From contig QPGO01000006.1 in the NCBI GenBank assembly GCA_008632985.1, positions 741,138 to 805,137 on the forward strand: 64,000 nucleotides of DNA, in the 5' to 3' direction. The translations under genes were made by a program, and so were the position numbers. This document shows positions 57,950 through 64,000 of this stretch, piece by piece. Source of the DNA: Psammoneis japonica (lineage: Eukaryota). Below the pieces are notes generated by a model. It searched no databases. It had not been told where the DNA came from and was given only the letters and a program-made list of their open reading frames with translations. How positions within the stretch are numbered: position 1 is the first letter of the stretch; each line of letters starts with the position of its first letter.

Positions 57950-59077
57950 TTATCTTGTCTCTTCGACTTGATTGAAAAACTCACAATCCACTCGCATCAC
58001 GTCTTGAGCATAACGGTACAATTCCCGATCCACCGCATTCATTTGCCCATAGAGATCTACATGGTACAATTCTGCATCTTCGTTCTTGCCGCTTGTTTGA
58101 ATCAACGACATGTCTATTTTTGCTTGATTTGGGCTCTTGATGTAGTGCAAGCTTTGTTCCAGACACGGCGACGATTTGAGATCCATCACGATATCAAACC
58201 GGCTCAACATTTGCTTGGCCAGCGCCACGTCTTTATGCGACACTTGATAATTCATGGGACGATCATTCGTAGAAGCACTCACAAGACTCCACGTTTGAAA
58301 ATTGGATTGAAGGATGTTGAGTCTTGGTCCACGCGACGTGGGGAGACGGCCTGGTTCTCGCAAGAAGGCATCCACGTGAAGAATGGCTCGCGTGGTGGCT
58401 TCTCGTACCGATATGGAATAAAGTCGATCCGGACAAAAAGGCGCATGATCGAGATAGCGCTCATTCGTGACGAATGCATGAGACTTTAAATTCAAACAAG
58501 ACGATGCTTCCTTGTTTGGGACATTGTCACACGCATCCGTCCAGAATTGACACAAGCTTTGGAATCGACACGGCTTACGCTGTGGAGTGATGGGACCTCG
58601 TGCCCATTTTCGTCTCTTGACACGAGGCAGCTCGTCTTCTTCCAGTACCTGATTGTTGGGATCGGGTCCCCATACGTGACATAGCAAGTCGTCCTGTGCC
58701 ACGGTTTCTGGAATGAGAAAATGAAAACGATTCGGCACCTCGATGCGTTCCTGAAAGGACTCGACAAAAAAAGCAATATGCTTTTTGTAGCACCATGGAT
58801 CGTCCAGTAACGCCAAATATCGTCTCTGTATATTAATTTCAAACGGATCGTCTGTTTCTTTTAGTTGCTGTATAATGTCATGGCATTCCGAAGCACTCAT
58901 TCTTGCTGACTCTGATGCTGAAACAGTATTTTTGCAATTCGACTTCTTATACTGATGATGCAACAATACAAACGAAAATATGAGAGCAATACTGAGCAGT
59001 ATGTTTGCAAACGATCGCTGACGCCTTCTCGAGCGAGGCAGAGACGGCTCTCTGGATGCTTTCGAGACGGCCACCAT
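57950..59077 (-). CDS. Type II membrane protein, possibly sulfotransferase-like
   Basis: N-terminal TM ILLSIALIFSFVLL; AKQMLSRFDIVMDL and NAVDRELYRYA resemble sulfotransferase C-terminal motifs; no clear PAPS motif seen. Confidence 0.7.
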   Translation of the reverse strand: MVAVSKASREPSLPRSRRRQRSFANILLSIALIFSFVLLHHQYKKSNCKNTVSASESARMSASECHDIIQQLKETDDPFEINIQRRYLALLDDPWCYKKHIAFFVESFQERIEVPNRFHFLIPETVAQDDLLCHVWGPDPNNQVLEEDELPRVKRRKWARGPITPQRKPCRFQSLCQFWTDACDNVPNKEASSCLNLKSHAFVTNERYLDHAPFCPDRLYSISVREATTRAILHVDAFLREPGRLPTSRGPRLNILQSNFQTWSLVSASTNDRPMNYQVSHKDVALAKQMLSRFDIVMDLKSSPCLEQSLHYIKSPNQAKIDMSLIQTSGKNEDAELYHVDLYGQMNAVDRELYRYAQDVMRVDCEFFNQVEETR

Positions 59078-59713
59078 GGTGCAGAGCGCTTTTTGTCGTT
59101 ATTTTGCTGTGTGACGCTTTTTCAAAAAAACATTGCCGGGTGATAGACAGAGCGAAGAACACATGCGAGTCCTGCCGGCGGGCAGTAAGCGCCCAATCCG
59201 AAAGACACACATACAACACAGAACGCCATTTTTCGTTTGGCGCGCGACGTCTTAGTTTATCTGGGCGGCCGCCTTTGGCACAAGCTGCTCAGCGGCCCGC
59301 CATTAAAGTCTATCATTTCACAAACACTCGTATTGACTACGGTTACAGAGCGCTCAATGTGCCCAACTCAAGTGTTTTGGAAAACTTCATGCCGACAAAA
59401 GCTACGGCCTTGTACTGGTAGTACAGAACGCCGTAGGATTTTACGAAGCGGCTTTTTCACGCATCCACGACTCACGAGCTAGATATTTCGACAGCGTGGA
59501 CCGTGTCGAAACGCATTGGCGACAACACACAGTGCCACAACGCAGTCGTTGCTTGATATCGACACCAACACGCCGTCGTCGAACGAACTCCATCCAAAAG
59601 CATCGCCGCCGTTGCTCCTTTTACCCTGCTGTCGACCTTTCTAAAAGCGTCGCAACCACACGCACTACTACTTTATCCTTCCATTCTACAATCTCATTCA
59701 AACACGTTCCATC

Positions 59714-60990
59714 ATGTCGCTCTACGGAAAAATCGAATATTGGAATGAACGGTACCAGGCGTAAGTACCTTGTGAACCACTCGTCGCTCGTTTCTATATC
59801 GATGGCAATGTGACTTTGTGTGCCGGATGATATTCCATGAGCGTTGCGTTTGAGTATCGACAATGTCAACGAGATGGAAGCATGGAGTTCCGTAGATGGA
59901 AGCTTCCACGGGCGTATTGGTTGTGTAGATGGAAGCTTCCACGGGCGTATTGGTTGTGTCTCTCATCATCGTTGCATCCTTCTCTGACACGCACGCCCTT
60001 CTTCTTTGCCCATCTCTTCTCTCGTTGTTGCAGTGATCAAGAGCCGTTCGAGTGGTATCAAGATTACAATTGCATCAAGCACTTGTTGCCCTTTTCTTCG
60101 TCCTCCAACCATCAACAACCGTCCCGCGAGGACTGTCGTGTCTTGATTCTTGGTTGCGGCAATTCGCGTCTCGGCGAAGACTTACTTCGTGACGGATGGC
60201 GCGGCTCGATTTGCAATATCGACTTTTCGCCCGTAGTCGTTGCACAAATGCAACGCAAGTACAATGATGCCTTTTACAGGGAACTCGAAGCGCCCTACAA
60301 TCGTGCATGTCGCTTGGCGTCGATTGCCGAAGAGCACGGCGTGTCCAAGAAGCCAATTCCACGCATGGAATTTATTTGCGCCGACGTGACGGAGCCCTTT
60401 CCATTCGAGACTGGCTCGTTTGATTTGATTTTGTGCAAGGGAACGCTCGATGCCGTCCTTTGCAGCGACGGGTCCGTGGCCAATGCCAAGCGCATGATGC
60501 AAGAGTGTTCTCGCGTCTTGCACGACAAACACGGCGCCATGGTGGTGGTATCGTATGCCAATTCGGACAATCGTGTCGAGTACTTTGAGAATCCCGGAGA
60601 CGAATGGTGGGCACGTGTGGATGTTTTCAAGCTACCTCAAATGGTGGATCCCGACAAGTGAGTAGTATTGCTGGGTGATTCTACCGATGAAGTGATTTGT
60701 GTGTTGGCATGTTGTCTCATGGACGTCTCTTTCTTTTTTGCTATCTTGTTTACAGATTTCACTACGTCTTTGTGAGTCACAAGCGCGTCGAAGACTCGAC
60801 TTCCGAGGAATCTGGAAAGGGCGTCGACCAGTCACTTGGAAAGTCCTCGTCGAACGAAGAGAATGATGCCTCCGTCAAGCAAACCTCCACCGGGAATTCT
60901 GTCTCGACCCAAACCACCTTTGGCGCCAAGAAGTATCCCGCGACCAAGTTGGTCAAGCTCAATGGGGGTCGTGCTTCCTCGTTGCGTTAG
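59714..60990 (+). CDS. Class I SAM-dependent methyltransferase (EEF1AKMT4-like), 3 exons
   Basis: MSLYGKIEYWNERY / EPFEWYQDY / VLILGCGNSRLGEDL / NIDFS / FDLILCKGTLDAVLC; introns 59761-60033 and 60658-60755. Confidence 0.92.
59892..59957. repeat. Perfect 33-bp tandem duplication inside an intron
   Basis: gtagatggaagcttccacgggcgtattggttgt twice. Confidence 0.9.
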
Positions 60991-61221
60991 ATACCCCCTT
61001 CGGACAGCGCTCTTGTGTGTCAAGTCGCACATGTCACATGCCATATCGGGTACACATGCCATATCGGGTACGGCCGCGATAGCATGGAAAAGAAATAATG
61101 AGAGGTCTCCCCTTTCAGGAGAGACGTGTGTGATCGTTTGTAGGGGCTTGAAAGCAGTTGCTCGTTGTCCTTCAACTGTTTTTGTAAAACGCCCGTAGTA
61201 AACCCAACTCTAGCCCTTCAA

Positions 61222-63004
61222 TTACAAACTCGAATTTATCGATCGCCATCTCCGTCTCTTGCGTCGATCTTCACTGGAACTGGATAGGTGGTGATGCCCA
61301 CTCCCTCGTACCCCTGAATCGTGCCCACCACGGCGAGCCTGCCGGGTGTATCTGGATTCGACGTTTTGAATTTCTCGTTGTATCTTTGCATCCTTGTCCA
61401 TATCACAATCACCACACTTGTCCAGCACGGCTTGTGTATGCTTCAATTCGGCATCGAGCCGGTCCACTTCATGATAAACTTCATTCAAGTCCGCCTCGAG
61501 CGCTTCTGCGTGTCGTTTCCACAAGTCACTCTGGTGTATCCAATCCTGCCGCGACATGCATCGTGGAACCATGGGATGCGTAAAGCCATAATTGGCAATC
61601 ATGGCGTCTTCGCAATCGTCCGAATACCAATAGGTGACTTCTTGTCCCTTTTTGTAGGGACACGTGGCAATGAGCTCAAATCGCTTGGTTTCCGAATTGT
61701 ACGAACCCCGTATACATGGAGGACCAAAGTTGAGCAAGTCGGCAATGGGTGCCAAAAAGGAATGTTGCTGTGGAGGAATGGTTGCCTCTTTGTTGCTATT
61801 GCTGTTTTCTTCTACGTTCTCATCATCCAACTCTCGGACCCACTCTTCGGTGGGTGTTTCGGCGGGTGGTACGCCGACGGCAACCATGGGGGATATAACT
61901 TCGTGTTCACTGCTTGCTACACCATGATCTCTTGTTGTAGCATGTTCTTGTTGTTGATCCAACTCCTTGACGGGCAATTGCCAATGTCTTGAATTCACCA
62001 TGGCGAAGGCCCATTGAAACTTTTCAAACGAATACGAATCACTACCTTTCTGAAACACATTGGGATGCTGTTCCATCAAGCGCTCCATGACTTGCTTGTA
62101 CATTTCTCGAACATCCCGTTTAATCCCACGTGCAATCCGTGCCACTCCCTCGGTGGCGTCTTGTCTCAGCGGGTGGAATCCCATAAGAAGGGCATTTCAT
62201 TTGTTGGACTGGATTTGAGTATTTGCAAATAATGATGCAACGGAGAGATCGTCCGAGTTGCAAGTGGTACAGTATGGCTACCGTCAGGAGCGGCAGCTCG
62301 GCATTGTCCTCCCAACCGTACTGCTTTCGTGCTTGGGGTCCCAACAGCTGACTCAGGACGGGATCATGATCAATCGTTGTGGATACAGTAATCATGGCGT
62401 GAAAGGGAATGGAAATGACAACGTCCTGTAGAGAAAGGAGGAGAAACGTGAGTATTGGATTAGAAACCATAGGGCGCATAGATTGGAGAGAAACCTGTAT
62501 GGGATTGACAGAAAGTAGCAATTCTTACACACGTATAAGCTCACATGGTACTGTACTTACACCAATCGCCACATCTTTTGTCGCTGCCAATCCTCGTACT
62601 TTTATTCTCGGTACATCTTCCACAGACGGTGAGTAAAACGCATCGTCGTCACTCTCCATTCCAAAACTTTCTTCTCCCTCTTCTGGTTCAACATACTCGA
62701 GACTGACTCGAAAAAAGTCGTAATAATCAAACACTCGTACTTCTAATGACGTTTCAATACCCATGACTGTATGACACCAATCAAAAAATTCCATTTCCAG
62801 AGATGCGGGATTGGGAGACGCGAATTGATCACGTCGTGGTTTGACATGGTCCTTGCGAATTGTGCTTGGGACTTTTTCCGAAGAAGCAATTGATGGTGCA
62901 GCGTTGTTATTATTCTCGTCCTTTTCATGTTGGGTTCGTCGAACAGACGAGTCACTGGGACTTATATAAAGTAGTAATAGTGCAAGTTGCTTCAGTCGAA
63001 TCAT
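61222..63004 (-). CDS. SET-domain lysine methyltransferase (Rubisco LSMT/SETD3-like) with a signal peptide; intron and frameshifts
   Basis: FFDWC, VRGLAATKDVAIG/DVVISIP, FQWAFAMVNSR, LAPIADLLNF, GQEVTYWY...ANYGF. Confidence 0.85.
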
Positions 63005-63239
63005 GATGTGCAGTTCTGATTCTCAAACAAGCCGTCGCAATGGTCATTGTCACGGATTGCTTTTTTTTTTCTGTCCCACCATGTCCGTCTGCCAATCGCG
63101 AATAATCATCGTGCATCGCGCGAACGACACTCACGGAAAGACAGACAGGCAGACGGTTTTCATCCCCCATCGATCGATCTGTCAACGACATTTTGAAGTG
63201 ATCCACCATCTACGTAGGAATGACCCTCTCCACTGACAC

Positions 63240-64000
63240 CCCCCCACACTAAGGAGAATCAAAAGCCTGGTAAAAACAGGATTGAAGATCTGCTAGTGCA
63301 AAAGAGAAGTGGTGAGAGTCATGACTGCCAGACAGACAGACAGCAAAACAGAGACAATGCATCGTCCGTTTCTGCGCCCGACACCATGTCCCACTCATTA
63401 AACCAATCCATTGAATCGCCAACAATTGACAGACCAGGAGATTGCTCGGAGCATGAGCAGGACAGCAAACTGGGAGGTCTGCTGGGATGATGCCAGAGTG
63501 CACTGTCAGGAGGGCCGTCCAGACCTGGTCTCCAATCCAAGAGGAAATCAGGTGGGCGACCGGAGCAGCGCCAATTTGGCAGCAGTGAGTCACCAGGGAT
63601 TGGCCAAGGCAACAACTGACAACAACTCCAAGCAGTGCAACCCCCCCACAATGGGAGGCTTGCAACATTGGCAGGGTTGGGGCAAGGAGAATCCGAGACA
63701 ATTGACTTCCCAGAAAAGACAATGGACCCATTTGCCTCGTTCGCGGTGCACAGAGAAGCTGTCTGCATGCAGCACACAGATGGAAGCTTGTGCCACACAA
63801 TGTGTTGATGAGCATCAAGGGAGTGTGTTTTGATTGAACCAATCGCCTTGTTCACAACACACACCATTGCTGCTCGGTAACAGCAACACCAGCTTTCTTG
63901 TGCTCAACCAGCTTGCCAAGTTTGCCCAAAGCAATCTTAAAAATAGCCAGTGGGTCAGTCTTGACATTCTCAGAAAAAGAACAAGGGTCAACTGGTGGAG
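63240..64000 (-). mobile_element. Decayed retroelement-like relic, continues beyond the window
   Basis: TA-depleted; FALADLQSCFYQ resembles an RT motif. Confidence 0.45.

Noticed and set aside
59892..59957. CRISPR-like repeat
   Set aside because: Two abutting copies with no spacer, inside an intron of a eukaryotic gene; no cas genes
12337..63004. The three methyltransferase genes as the enzymes of the mutational system
   Set aside because: Motifs match protein lysine methyltransferase families (EEF1AKMT4-like, SET). No DNA methyltransferase (PCQ, DPPY/NPPY) or deaminase (HxE...PCxxC) motif was seen, and linkage is not expected in a eukaryote
1..64000. tRNA or rRNA genes
   Set aside because: None recognised by eye; a covariance-model scan would be needed to exclude them

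Overview
Eukaryotic nuclear DNA, most likely a pennate diatom (inferred from short GT-AG introns, bipartite signal+ASAF-type plastid presequences, DUF6824-like domains and a CoDi-like copia element). About 22 host genes or gene remnants are interleaved with transposon islands: a Ty1/copia LTR element, a Helitron, the 3' end of an RLE-type non-LTR element and several decayed relics. The main signal is mutational. Most transposon islands (about 1-9890, 46620-48690, 52720-55678, 56000-57700, 63240-64000) have lost most TpA dinucleotides by TA->TG/CA transitions, apparently A->G in a 5'-TAY context on both strands. An intact host gene and its mutated neighbouring copy show the direction of change. 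The process converts Tyr to Cys/His, removes rather than creates TAA/TAG stops, has sharp boundaries and spares host tandem duplicates. It looks like an adenine-directed, RIP-like defence or mutational system; I know of no description of it but could not check the literature. All counts are by eye and family calls are from remembered motifs, not database searches. Several host genes show 1-nt frameshifts that may be assembly errors.
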